DNA from: Macrostomum lignano
Lineage: Eukaryota
Assembly: GCA_002269645.1 (NCBI GenBank)
Contig: NIVC01002979.1
Location: forward strand, 1-64,000
Reading direction: 5' to 3'
DNA length: 64,000 nt
Part shown: one piece after another, positions 48,697-59,942 of the stretch
How positions within the stretch are numbered: the stretch's first letter is position 1
Layout: every line of letters begins with the position of its first letter
Made by a program: the position numbers and the translations under genes
The notes under the pieces: generated by a model
Databases searched by the model: none
What the model saw: only the letters and a program-made list of their open reading frames with translations
Told to the model about the DNA's origin: nothing

Positions 48697-48848
48697 ATGC
48701 CCAAACAGACACAGTCTGCTGTGCTTTTGGCCGCGCTGATGCTGGCTGCTGTGGCTTCAGCTCTACCGACTGCGTATGAGTATGATGACGGCTACCCTGC
48801 CGAGCATGACTTTGATAATCGGATTGCTGATCATTCGAGCGGCGAACG
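48697..48848 (+). CDS. Secreted neuropeptide-like prohormone, first coding exon (signal peptide plus acidic spacer)
   Basis: ttttag acceptor just upstream; MPKQTQSAVLLAALMLAAVASA/LPTAYEYDDGYPAEHDFDNRIADHSSGER; GTAAGT donor, phase 2. Confidence 0.8.
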
Positions 48849-48959
48849 GTAAGTAGGTGATACGCTTGTATTGTGTATCATTTTAAAGATTTGCCTTCTG
48901 TTTAGCGATGTTTAATGCAATCTTTTTTACAAAACGGATGGAAATGCAGAGCTCAGGTA

Positions 48960-49262
48960 TAAAGAATGGTGTGATGTGGATGTTGCAAGGAACAAAGGGT
49001 AGAGAAAGGCGTGATGCGGGTGTTGCAAGGAACAGAGGGGTAGAGAATGGCGTGAGGTGGGTGTTGCAAGGGACAGAGGGGTAGAGAATGGCGTGAGGTG
49101 GGTGTTGCAAGGGACAGAGGGGTAGAGAATGGTGTGAGGTGGGTATTGCAAGGGACAGAGGGGTAGAGAATGGTGTGAGGTGGGTATTGCAAGGGACAGA
49201 GGGGTAGAGAATGGTGTGAGGTGGGTGTTGCAAGAGACAGAGGGTTAGAGAATGGCGTGAGG
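48960..49262 (-). repeat. 41-bp minisatellite family, inverted array in prohormone intron
   Basis: gggacagaggggtagagaatggcgtgaggtgggtgttgcaa is the reverse complement of the 46.5-kb unit. Confidence 0.9.
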
Positions 49263-49302
49263 CGAGTAGATAAAAATAGCGGCAACTTAAAATCTATTTT
49301 AG

Positions 49303-49407
49303 GCTCAACCCTCTAAAGCGATCGGACCGTCGAATGGAAATCCAAAACCTGGTCCAGACTTTGGCGCGCATCAAAGCCAGCAGAGATTTTCTTAGCCAAC
49401 GAATCAG
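49303..49407 (+). CDS. Prohormone second coding exon (KR cleavage site and predicted peptide)
   Basis: ctattttag acceptor, phase 2 fits; (R)LNPLKR-SDRRMEIQNLVQTLARIKASRDFLSQRI(R/S); GTAACT donor. Confidence 0.75.
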
Positions 49408-49504
49408 GTAACTTTGACCTGGGGATTAGAGGGCTCGCTAAGACGCCGCCCTCTTTTCTAATTATGTATCAGCTTATACTTAGATCATCTGACACCGGTT
49501 CTTT

Positions 49505-49615
49505 TGACATACAGATCTGACACACCTGTATTCAGACACACAGGTATTCTGACACACAGGTATTCTGACACACAGGTGTTCTGACACACAGGTGTTCTGA
49601 CACACAGGTATTCTG
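49505..49615. repeat. 16-bp tandem repeat (tctgacacacaggtat)
   Basis: About 6 copies. Confidence 0.85.
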
Positions 49616-50094
49616 AGACCCCAATTTTATCACCTTCGTGACACCCAAGCGTTTTCGTTAAATGTCAGTAGGAACTAATTTGACGTCATTGAAAAAAAAT
49701 AAACGACAATTGTCAACATTAAATCTCTATTCCAGAATGGGTTAACTTGACAAACAATTCGAAGAAATTCCGTTGCCACCAAAAACCGTGAAATCACTTA
49801 ACAGCCGAGCCGATTTCTAAATGTAGACTGTGACCAACGTTGAACTTGTGGCCAATTAACTTAATTTTAGTAATGTCGAAAATCCGAAGTTAATTATCCC
49901 ATTATTTGTCAACACTATCTTTATCTAATAAGATTTGCAAATCTGATTGAAAAATATGATAATGAATAAATAAACTCTTTTGAAGGCCATCCTGCATGAT
50001 TGTTGTTGACAGCGCTTTCTCTAACTTATAGCGCTGTGCGGGCAAACTGTACTTCGGTAGCCTTCATTGTTTTCACAAGCTAACATTTGGGATG

Positions 50095-50965
50095 TACTAA
50101 CAGGTGATGCCCCAGTCTAACAGGTGATGCCCCAGTCTAACAGGTGATGTCCCAGTCTAACAGGTGATGTCCCAGTCTAACAGGTGATGCCCCAGTCTAA
50201 CAGGTGATGTCCCAGTCTAACAGGTGATGCCCCAGTCTAACAGGTGATGTCCCAGTCTAACAGGTGATGTCCCAGTCTAACAGGTGATGCCCCAGTCTAA
50301 CAGGTGATGCCCAGTCTAACAGGTGATGCCCAGTCTAACAGGTGATGTCCCAGTCTAACAGGTGATGTCCCAGTCTAACAGGTGATGCCAGTCTAACAGG
50401 TGATGTCCCAGTCTAACAGGTGATGTCCCAGTCTAACAGGTGATGCCCCAGTCTAACAGGTGATGTCCCAGTCTAACAGGTGATGCCCCAGTCTAACAGG
50501 TGATGTCCCAGTCTAACAGGTGATGTCCCAGTCTAACAGGTGATGCCCCAGTCTAACAGGTGATGTCCCAGTCTAACAGGTGATGCCCCAGTCTAACAGG
50601 TGATGCCGCAGTCTAACAGGTGATGCCCCAGTCTAACAGGTGATGCCCCAGTCTAACAGGTGATGTCCCAGTCTAACAGGTGATGCCCCAGTCTAACAGG
50701 TGATGTCCCAGTCTAACAGGTGATGATCTAACAGTCTAACAGATGATGTAACTGTCTAACAGATGATGTAACTGTCTAACAGTTGATTCCACTTTCTAAC
50801 AGGTGATGCCCCAGTCTAACAGGTGATGTAACTGTCTAACAGATGATGTAACTGTCTAACAGATGATGTAACTGTCTAACAGTTGATTCCACTTTCTAAC
50901 AGGTGATGCCCCAGTCTAACAGGTGATGCCCCAGTCTAACAGGTGATGTCCCAGTATAACAGGTT
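50095..50965. repeat. 20-bp minisatellite (ctaacaggtgatgccccagt)
   Basis: More than 40 copies with a few indels. Confidence 0.95.
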
Positions 50966-51336
50966 CTGCTTCCAATCATTGAAGAGTGGTTAAAGAATAT
51001 TCGGCTACTTACGAATCTTAAGGAAATTGTCACATTTTAACAAGATTAACGCGATGTAGGCTTCAATCAAATTGATTGAATTCTGGCAGAACAGCACAAG
51101 TGAGATTGAAGCCCCTGTAAATAAGCAAAATATCGTCGATATTTTCGTTAATTTTTCAATTGTATTTAGGCGCTTTGTTGACGCCCTGATGCTAAAAAAT
51201 TGAGTGCAAATTTTCTCTTCAATAACTGTAAACAGACACCCGACTGCTGCATAACAAAGGCACTCTCAATTTGTTAAAAGCAGAGAGCATTCGAAGCTTG
51301 GAAATCCATTGTCACTTTTCTATCCATTACTCTACT

Positions 51337-51464
51337 NNNNNNNNNNNNNNNNNNNNNNNNNNNNNNNNNNNNNNNNNNNNNNNNNNNNNNNNNNNNNNNN
51401 NNNNNNNNNNNNNNNNNNNNNNNNNNNNNNNNNNNNNNNNNNNNNNNNNNNNNNNNNNNNNNNN
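51337..51464. other. Assembly gap (128 N)
   Basis: Run of N. Confidence 1.
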
Positions 51465-51536
51465 GATGCATGCGTTTCACCATGCATAGCAATAACAATA
51501 ATTGCAGGAGGCACCCTGGCGCAACGCCTTGGGCGC

Positions 51537-51843
51537 AATAATAATATAATTGATTACACCTGCCCCCAATCGGGCCAGATGTGCAACCGACAGCTCAGCC
51601 GCAGCTATTGCGCGGCGCATCTGAAGGCTGCGTACGGCTGTTCGGTCCAATGACTGGGGTTCACCACACACACCCTCAGTTATTACCCCAGCTAATGCTG
51701 GCACCCATTTTATAGCTGAGTGAACTGAAGCAATGCAGACCTACGTGTCTTGCTCAAGGACACAAATTGCTCCAGTGGAATCGAGAATCGAATCCCCGAC
51801 CTTCAAGTCTTGAGTCCGACACTAACTACTAGGCTACAACCCC
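51537..51843 (-). mobile_element. tRNA-derived SINE (family B) with CORE/Nin-like central domain
   Basis: Reverse complement GGGGTTGTAGCCTAGTAG (A box)...GATTCGATTC (B box)...GTGTCCTTGAGCAAGACAC...CACTCAGCTATAAAATGGGTGCCAGC; (att)n tail. Confidence 0.75.
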
Positions 51844-52220
51844 TAGTGGCAGTGGTACCCCTAGTTGTAACCAACCCCTTGGCTTTAACATGCGTAATTC
51901 TCGTACTTCTACACTAATGCAAATGGAAATGCATGTGCTGCTTATAGATTCGCCATAATATGATACCACAGACACTAATAAAATCTGTTTAAAGTTAGTG
52001 GCACAAATAACAAAGCAGACTCTCTTTCAGACAGACTTTGAACCACAGAGCGTGATTTACTAACTAATACCAATTAGGTTCTGTACTTTAGACTAATATA
52101 AATATTTATTGAACACTTTTAATAACCTTTCCCACCGCTGAAGGTTGGTAGTTAACAAGCTTTCATTCGAAAGAGTTCATTTCTTTATTACAACTTTGTC
52201 ATAAGTTACTTTGTCGTAGA

Positions 52221-52994
52221 ATGGAAGCCGAACAAAATGTCGTTGATGACTCCAAAACATCAACTCTAGTCAACTATTGCATCGATCTGTCGCAACAATT
52301 CCAACGCGCGATCGAAGGCCTGCAGCTAAAGAAAGATCATCAGCAGCAGCAGCAGAAGCAGCAACATGAGAAATCAGACACCCCACAACAGGATGCTCAA
52401 ACTTCTCTCACTCGTCGCGTCACAAAAGTTGTGGTTCAACCGCCAGAGATTAAGCTGCAGATCCAGTTAGAAACTTGGCTAGCAGAGGACGGGACTCTGA
52501 CTGTTCGACCGCATATAATTTTACCGAATTCGGCTCCTTCGGTGCAGAACTTCGCGGATTTGTCCAATCCGATGAAGAGCAACTGTAGCGCAGCTGCAAG
52601 CGGAGACCGTCGACTGGATGACGGCCCGTCCGAAGAGGTGCTGTTCGATCAAGTCGGCGCTTGTCTACCACCACCAGTCTCAGGCAAGGACAAAAGCTTC
52701 GGGAAAGGACTAAGACGACAGAAAAAGTCTTCAACCGCCTCATCCAAGAACAAGACAGAGACGTCGACTCGCTTCGGCCATATCAGCCAGCACCAGCACC
52801 AGCACTTCCATCCACATCAGTCGCACAGACGGACATTCAACAGCATCTACGCGCTTGGCGGCGACTCCAGCTGTGCCGAGATCAGCGAGGAGGACAACAA
52901 CTACGTGGACGACGACGACGTAGACCTTGCAGGATCGGCGTGCACTCCAGTCGGAAACAGTCACTTGTCAAGCAGCGGCGGTCGCAAGTGGTGA
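52221..52994 (+). CDS. Orphan 257-aa ORF or exon, Gln/Ser/Asp-rich and largely disordered
   Basis: GC-rich non-repetitive ORF in AT-rich flanks; tttgtcgtag acceptor ending at 52219, with one base before the ATG; no family recognised. Confidence 0.6.
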   Translation: MEAEQNVVDDSKTSTLVNYCIDLSQQFQRAIEGLQLKKDHQQQQQKQQHEKSDTPQQDAQTSLTRRVTKVVVQPPEIKLQIQLETWLAEDGTLTVRPHIILPNSAPSVQNFADLSNPMKSNCSAAASGDRRLDDGPSEEVLFDQVGACLPPPVSGKDKSFGKGLRRQKKSSTASSKNKTETSTRFGHISQHQHQHFHPHQSHRRTFNSIYALGGDSSCAEISEEDNNYVDDDDVDLAGSACTPVGNSHLSSSGGRKW

Positions 52995-54174
52995 CTGTGC
53001 CAAGCCAGCTTGATTGCTGACGTGTAAATGCACTTTTTACTGAGGCTTAGTTAGGATATGGTGTACTACTTCGAAAGTACTTTCGCTTATTTTTTTCAAT
53101 TCGTATTGTTAACAGCTAAACATTTTTTATCCCTACCAACTGACAATCGAAATCCACTTCGTACGATACTGTAAAGAAAAGATGCAAGAAGCTTTCAAAG
53201 TGGACCTTATTAAAGTTACGCCCAGTTCCAAATATAGGCTAGCATCCAGAACTAGTTACCTGAAATAAACGAGGCAAACTAACATTTTAAAGTTTAGCTT
53301 TACACCGTAAAGTTTTTGTTATGTTATATTTGACAATTTAATAATACATGCACAATGTAAATTTATATTTGCGCGGTGTTGGTGACAACAAATGGGTGCG
53401 TCAGCAATGGCTCTATTTCCATTTCCATTTGTAAGTAGACATCTTTGAAGGGATTGGCTTCCCAAATGTACCATTAGCTTCAGTACATGCACTTTGGTTC
53501 TGATATCCATTAGACAACTCTGCGCATTTTACACGTTTATACAGTGTAGATAACTCTGTGTCCAATGCGATTCTTAATATCTAAGGTGCCGTAGGTACAC
53601 ATAAGCCACGATATGCAAAATAGCTTCTAGCTGCCGTGTATATTCACATGTACAAGCTTGGATTTGCATTTTGAGCTAGGGTTGAGATATCCCCGGGGGT
53701 ATGGCCTATCCTTAATCACATGCAGTAGCCTGCAAGCTTTTGGGAGCCCTGCCGATTACTTGCTTTAAATGGAACAAATCTGCCAGTTGCAAGTTAGAAT
53801 GATCGTTTGCTAAAGGCTAATTACCTATGCATGCGCCTGCAGCTGCCTACTTGCGTGTGTTTCCCTTTAAAATAGATTGAACTGATGCAGTGGAAGACGG
53901 GGGCGGTTCTTCTTGCATGCATGACAACAAGGAAGATGGGATCGTGAAAGAGTACGGAGACTGGCTCGGAGTCAATGTGGGCTCGAATGCGACAGTGGTT
54001 GACAGAACAGATCAGCGGTAAACGCTGGTCCATGAAAATTTCCCGCAGACGAATTGCCCGCCGAGTTTTTCCCGCCGAGGTTTTGCCAGCAATGCTTAGT
54101 AAGTCTTTATGAAGAGATTTACCCCATCAAAACGTTTCGATGGTAACTGTATATCAAATGCTGATGTCAAGGCT

Positions 54175-54335
54175 TACAGGGGGAATTTCTGACATGGTGG
54201 GGATAGCTGAGATGTCAAGTCTTGGGGGGATTGCTGGGATTTCAAGTCTTGTTGGGGATTGCTGTGATGTCAAGTCTTGGGGGGATTGCTGGGATGTCAA
54301 GTCTTGGGGGAGGGGGGAATTGCTGAGATGGCAAT
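54175..54335. repeat. Minisatellite related to the 19.7-kb array (reverse complement)
   Basis: ggggattgctgggatgtcaagtctt units. Confidence 0.8.
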
Positions 54336-55257
54336 GCTTGGGTCAGAAGCTACAGCTAGTTTATTTTAAAAAATTTCCATTCTTTGTTAGGTCCCCAACG
54401 GGGGGCGTGGATGGCTAGTCTAATGCAGATTTTTTTGCAGGTTTTCGTTTCTGCGAGTATATACATACAGAGGTAAATCTGTGAGCTATTAATTCAGGCA
54501 TATACCACGTCGCTTTGCCCCCAAAATCTCAAAAGAAATCTGCCGTGAGGCTAAATGCGCTGCAGGAAGAAAAAAGCATTGCGGGCAAATCTCGGCGGGC
54601 GATTCTCGTGCTCCTGCAATTCAGACCTGTGAGGGCCAACCCTCTTGTAATTGTTCAGGAGTCAGTGCATGGAATCCCTATGTTTATCTTATCAAGTTTT
54701 GAAGGCTTAGAAAGAAACGAAAAAGAGAAATGAGATTTCGATCTGCAGTTAGTTAGCATTTTAAGGATCAGTGGTTTTTTCATTTCAAAATTAATTAATT
54801 TTTTAATGTTCTTGTACAAGACCTGTACTTTTGTGTAATGTTTGGAACTTTAAACTTGCTTGATAATGCAAAATCGGGAAAATAAAACGCACTTATTTCA
54901 ACCATTGTGCACGTATTTCGATAGCTCACTGTCTCATATTTGCTATCTATAAACATTCGTAAATGTACGAGCCGAGCCTAAAACTCATCAGAAGGTTTTC
55001 GGTCCCGTGGAGGAACTCAATTTAGGTTTGAAATTTCATGACTGGAGTAGCAATTTAGCCTGAGCCTGGCTAATGGTGAAATCTACATCCGCTTAAGAGA
55101 TTAATCCGATTCTTAAATCGCCAGATACTTTGGAGAATGCCTTGAGGAGGGCAATGCCCTGCTGCATCGGTGAGTTCTCAAGCTCAAGCAATGGTTTTAG
55201 ATAGATAAGCTACATTCAAGCAAAGGTGCGTGGAAAATATCCATATTAAGTGAGTGA

Positions 55258-55602
55258 GGGGGCGTATAGCATCGCTCTGGAGTGCCAGCGGCCCAGGCTC
55301 GATTCCAAGTGCAGTCACATTAATTTGGGGCTAAATTAGAATCTCGGCTTGAACCAACCCCCAGGGGGGGGGCATCACAAAGCCGAAAAATCGCGATTCC
55401 GAAAAGCACTTACCGTCATAAACCCGAAATATCATAACTCGGAAAGTCCTGCCAATTTCCAACACTATTTTGTTCTTCGGAGTTATGATATTTCGCGGTT
55501 ATGATAGTTTGGGTTTGTGATGGGCGTTGCTAGTAATTTCTGAGTCATGATATTTCGGGTTCATGATGACGACCCCCCCCAAGGCACAGTGAAGTGTTTG
55601 CC
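55258..55602 (+). mobile_element. SINE family A copy interrupted by a MITE
   Basis: SINE sequence breaks at caaccccca and resumes at caaggcacagtgaagtg. Confidence 0.8.
55364..55579. mobile_element. MITE with G-run/C-run termini nested in the SINE
   Basis: ggggggggcatcacaaagccgaaa ... ttcgggttcatgatgacgacccccc; internal atatcataactc / gagttatgatat inverted repeats; TSD CA or CCA (ambiguous). Confidence 0.7.
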
Positions 55603-57118
55603 TGTCTGATAAATGGCTACGAACTGTGTCAAAGTCTCAAATATGTTTTCAATATTTCATTTTGTACCAGCTGCGATTCTAACCTTACAAATATCCGGGA
55701 GGCAGGGTAGATTATCTGCTTTACCTGTAAGACCCTCTTTTTCTCTCTTATGATATTCGCGTACACTTGTCTATAGCGTGCTGATGCTGATGCAAGGACT
55801 ACTTAAGTACAAGGATGGGAAACTACGGAAAATTAAATTACGGAGACAGAAGTTTTTATTAATCTCTTCAGCAGAGAAATTGTTACCGCTTTTGATAGAC
55901 TACTGGGCAGACTCAATTTTGATCGTTTGATATGACGACTTACACTTCTTATAGCTCTATTGATATATTCACAAAGCTTTTCGTTTAGAAAATTATGTTA
56001 ATTTTATATCTTATACGTACAATATTACATGTGCATGTGCCTAAAAATCATAAAAAATGGCACAGCTCGATCCTCATTGGCTTTATGAATCTATTTTATC
56101 ATTCTTAGCTTGATTACTGTAACAAAACAATGAGATCAATTAGATCATTCTATTCTAAATAGATTTTTGTGCTGAAAAATGAATTAAAACATCCTATCTC
56201 CGTAATGTATCCTTTCGGTAATACCTGTCTCCTAAAATTTTCTAGGAAGACGCAGTTTCTCGTTCTTCTACTTAAGTAGTCCAAGCGTGTTACTACGGGA
56301 GCGAAGTTTGATTGTTTCAAGGCTTGAATGTTTTGCCATGGTTACTTTAGAGAGATGGGGGGTCAGTTTCTGAGCCTTTCCCCAGTTCCTTCGAGGAGTT
56401 GCCATGCTCTTCGGGGCTTGGTCACCAGATTTGGGTGTGCCCTGGTCTCTGGCCCAGGAATTCGCGGTGCTCATTAATGCTTTCCGCCTGACTGCCTTCG
56501 CCTGTTAGCCGCCCTGCTCATCTCGCCGCCTCCGCCTTGTCTTAATCAGGAATTGGATTGGGGCTGCTTTTCATTGTGACTTCCATTATTGTTGTGCATG
56601 CTTTTGAGCTTTTATTATCAGACTAGCTTGAGTCAGCCTTTATACTATTTTTAATTGGCTCTGTCTCGCCCAGCTCCCTTTTGCTTTGCCTCTTTTAGGC
56701 TAACCCTACATAAATAGCGATGGCGATATGATGGAGCACGGGTGCATGAAGGGGCAAAGCAGCTCAGCGGCTGAGCACAACTAGCATAGCTGGCATTCAT
56801 TTGGGGCTCGCACCCAGTAGAAACAGTAGTTTTTTGGTGGGCTTCATTTTGGAACATTAGCGTGAGGACGTTAAGAAGCGCGGGATGGACTCTTATATTA
56901 AATTTTACTAGTAAGCACCAACAGAATCCAGAAGCCGCGCAGTTAGAACACTTAATTACCTGATTATTGATAAGTTTTATGCTTTTTACAGACAGTGTCT
57001 ACAAATTACATTTTACTGTTATATTTAATGTTTGTTTTGCCGGAACTGCCGAAAGCCAATGCAAAACATGCCAATCAGCATAAGTAGGCAAATATGTACA
57101 TGTATACATGTAACTATT

Positions 57119-57970
57119 CGGTGCTGACGCCAGATGGACTGTCGGACCAATGCAGCACGTCGTCAGGCGTGCTGCAGGGTGACACTCTGGCGCATTTCCT
57201 GGACGACAACTTCCTGCTGAAAAGACGCACAAGTCGGCGGCGACATCATCCAGAGAAGCGGCTCTTCGTTCTCGGCTACGCGGACGATCTTGCGCTGCTA
57301 TCATGAAGGCGCCCATCGGCTGCTGGATGGCCTGACGGCAGCAGCATCGCGAGTCGGTCTCAAACTGAACGCACAGAAGACGGTAGTCTTCACGGTGCCC
57401 TCCGACTTGCCTGCCGAGATCAATTGGGCTGCACTTCGATCTGTGCGCTCCGTGCTCCATTCTGAGGCCCTGGATGACGGGCTCAGGACTCGGCTGTTTC
57501 AGGTAGTCGTTGAGACTGTCTTATTTTACAACGCCGAGACCTGGACCCTGACGGACGCCTTGCAGAGACAGCTGGACGCTGCGCATGCGGCCCTCGGAGT
57601 GCACAGCGGTCCAGGCAGCGAGACCAATGCCGCGCTCTACGCAAGGGCGCGCCTGATGCGGCTTTTTGACCTGCTGCGCGGGCGACGACTTCGACTGGCA
57701 GGCCACGTCATCCGGTCGGAGGCCCGCTGCCTGAGCCGCTTCCGAAGTTGTGCTGCTCAGGCTGCTCTCTGCTGCTGCAGGGACCGCGCAGGCGAGGCCA
57801 AGGGCGAACGGCGAGATACCCTGACTAGCTCTTGACTGATGTGCTGGCGCTCCGGACCAATCTGGGGGTGTGACTTTTGTGCCCAAAGACGCGCTCTCTA
57901 GCTGACCCCCCTCCCTTCTGGCCACTGAGTGGCTAGCGGGTGAAGTTCTTTATTGTTGTTGTTGTCGTAG
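57119..57970 (+). mobile_element. 5'-truncated, internally deleted non-LTR retrotransposon (RTE-like) RT fragment
   Basis: GVLQGDTLA, GYADDLALL, GLKLNAQKT, VETVLFYNAETWTL, RLAGHVIR; frameshift near 57300; (ttg)n tail; candidate TSD aactatt (57112-57118, 57971-57977). Confidence 0.85.
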
Positions 57971-58092
57971 AACTATTATTTATGGACAAGTCGTGGTACC
58001 TCGCGGTTTAGGCTACTGGTTTTCTATTAGCTGCTTAAGGATTTTACTAGTGGATTATTATCTGCTGTACTGATTTGAGATTTCGGTAGTTT

Positions 58093-58627
58093 CGCTGCCA
58101 CCAGGTTTCCTGCTTTCCCTAATTCTAGTACTTTAGATTAAAGAAGTGAGTCAGGACACCAAAGATTATAGTTAACAGTTGGAAATTTTTAATAATAAAG
58201 AGAATGCGTACAAAAGGTTATTTGTTTTGCTCTTACATTAATTCCCTTATTTCCTTATTCCCGTTATAGTGCTTGGGCAAGACTCCCAGTTTTAGAGGCA
58301 AGACTCCTCTGTGCAAGCCTAACCCTTATGTTTCCCTTCCTTACCACTTCTGCGTGAACTCTCTAAGTTAAACAGGAGAAGACACTCCAACGAAGCGTTT
58401 CTTTCCCAAGAGCCCAACTGCTCTGTATTTCTAAAGGAACCCCGATTTTATCCACTTACCCCCGCTCTAATTATTTCCCCGGGTTGAAACTACTGATAGT
58501 AGGGTAAAAGCATGTTTAAACCCACAAAATTTCCGTTTCTAAAATAATGCCCTACTACATTTAAATGTTACAGAATATTGAGTTCTGAACCGTGTGATGT
58601 CATACCGTTGGTAATTTAGGTGTTACG
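58093..58627 (-). mobile_element. Probable LTR with primer-binding site (truncated LTR retrotransposon 5' end)
   Basis: Minus strand starts cgtaacacc, has attaaa then gtgtcctgactc U5-like sequence, followed by TGGTGGCAGCG at 58103-58093; termini are non-canonical. Confidence 0.5.
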
Positions 58628-59942
58628 TGAAGATGTGAATGTGAAGATGTGAAGATTGTGAAGATAGAAAGAAGTACATGTGAAGATTATGTACTCGTAT
58701 AATTATTACAAACTGGTAATCATTTAGGTGCAAGATAGAGCCTCTTTCTTATTCACACAGAATCTCAAAACTGTGATCGATGTTATGTTCGTACGATCAT
58801 GCACGAATCTAGGAATTACCAAGCCATTTTTGTTCTACCAAGGGGATCAAAGAAATTCGCTACAGAGTACATGGGTGCATGTCCATGTCCACCTGGTGCC
58901 GCCGTTTGAATGGCCAGAATCTCCGCCCTGGGTAAAGGCCAGTAACAAACGGAGTCAGAGCTGATGCATACACATGTATTCGAAGTGCTGGCATGAAATT
59001 TGGAGGCTTGCAAGGCCGCACTGAGGGCTGAGACGCAGTGCTGATTGGCGCACATGCAGGGCCGTGGCATCGCTAAAGTGGATCAGGAAACCATTAACCT
59101 CGATTTCTCACTCTCTCCGCTTACAGTCTCTCCGGCCACTCTTACCCTATCTCTTTATTCTTGATCTTTCTGCTCTTAACCTCTCTCTCTCACTCTCTCC
59201 GCTCTACATCTCACCCGGCTCTTTATAGCTACCCTCCTCTCTCTACTCTTGACCTGATTGGTTGACGATGCCCATAATTATTAGAAATGGCGGCAGTCGA
59301 TGGGGTCCTCTGAACTCCACATATATGCACGTGTACATTGCATGACTTCTGAGTCACGGATAAACAGTCTGAACTTGACTCGATTCATCATTTCCACTGT
59401 GTGCGTGCTTTTCCTATATGTACCTTCAAAAACCGCTTCGATCGATATGTATATGGACGCATTGTTTGTAAAATTGCACAAACTTTTTCAAACCTGTGAA
59501 AAACTAATATAAAAAATTATTATTATCAAATGAAAGATAAAGTCGGAATTGGAAGTATATCGATAGAAACTTATTCAAATTTTATCTTTTTCGGTACAGG
59601 TTCATCGACAGGAGCTGTATGTAGCTACACTTCTAGACATGTACAGTATGTTTTGGTCATTTCTTGAATATCAATATGCTCGAAATCAGCGGCAAATTTT
59701 ATAAATGCCGCGTGGAAAAATGACTCGCCAGTGACTTAACCAACTCTTTTTGTTGAATATTCAAGTCAGCTTTAAATTTTGCTCAAGGACAACTGCATAT
59801 CAAAGGACACGGTTCATGGTCCTTGCGTTTTTTATGAGTGAGCTCACAACTCAGTGCCTAGGCCTATAGCCAAATACTACAATCGATTGATATATTAAAA
59901 TAAAATATTAGATAAAAGAGTTTATATGTGGCTAGTTTATAT

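Noticed and set aside
53821-54033. Retropepsin-like CSVNHCRIRAHIDSEP
   Set aside because: Lacks the catalytic D-S/T-G; the similarity is too weak.
58728-59070. Short Cys-containing ORFs in a GC-richer island
   Set aside because: Overlapping ORFs on both strands with no recognisable motif or consistent splice model.
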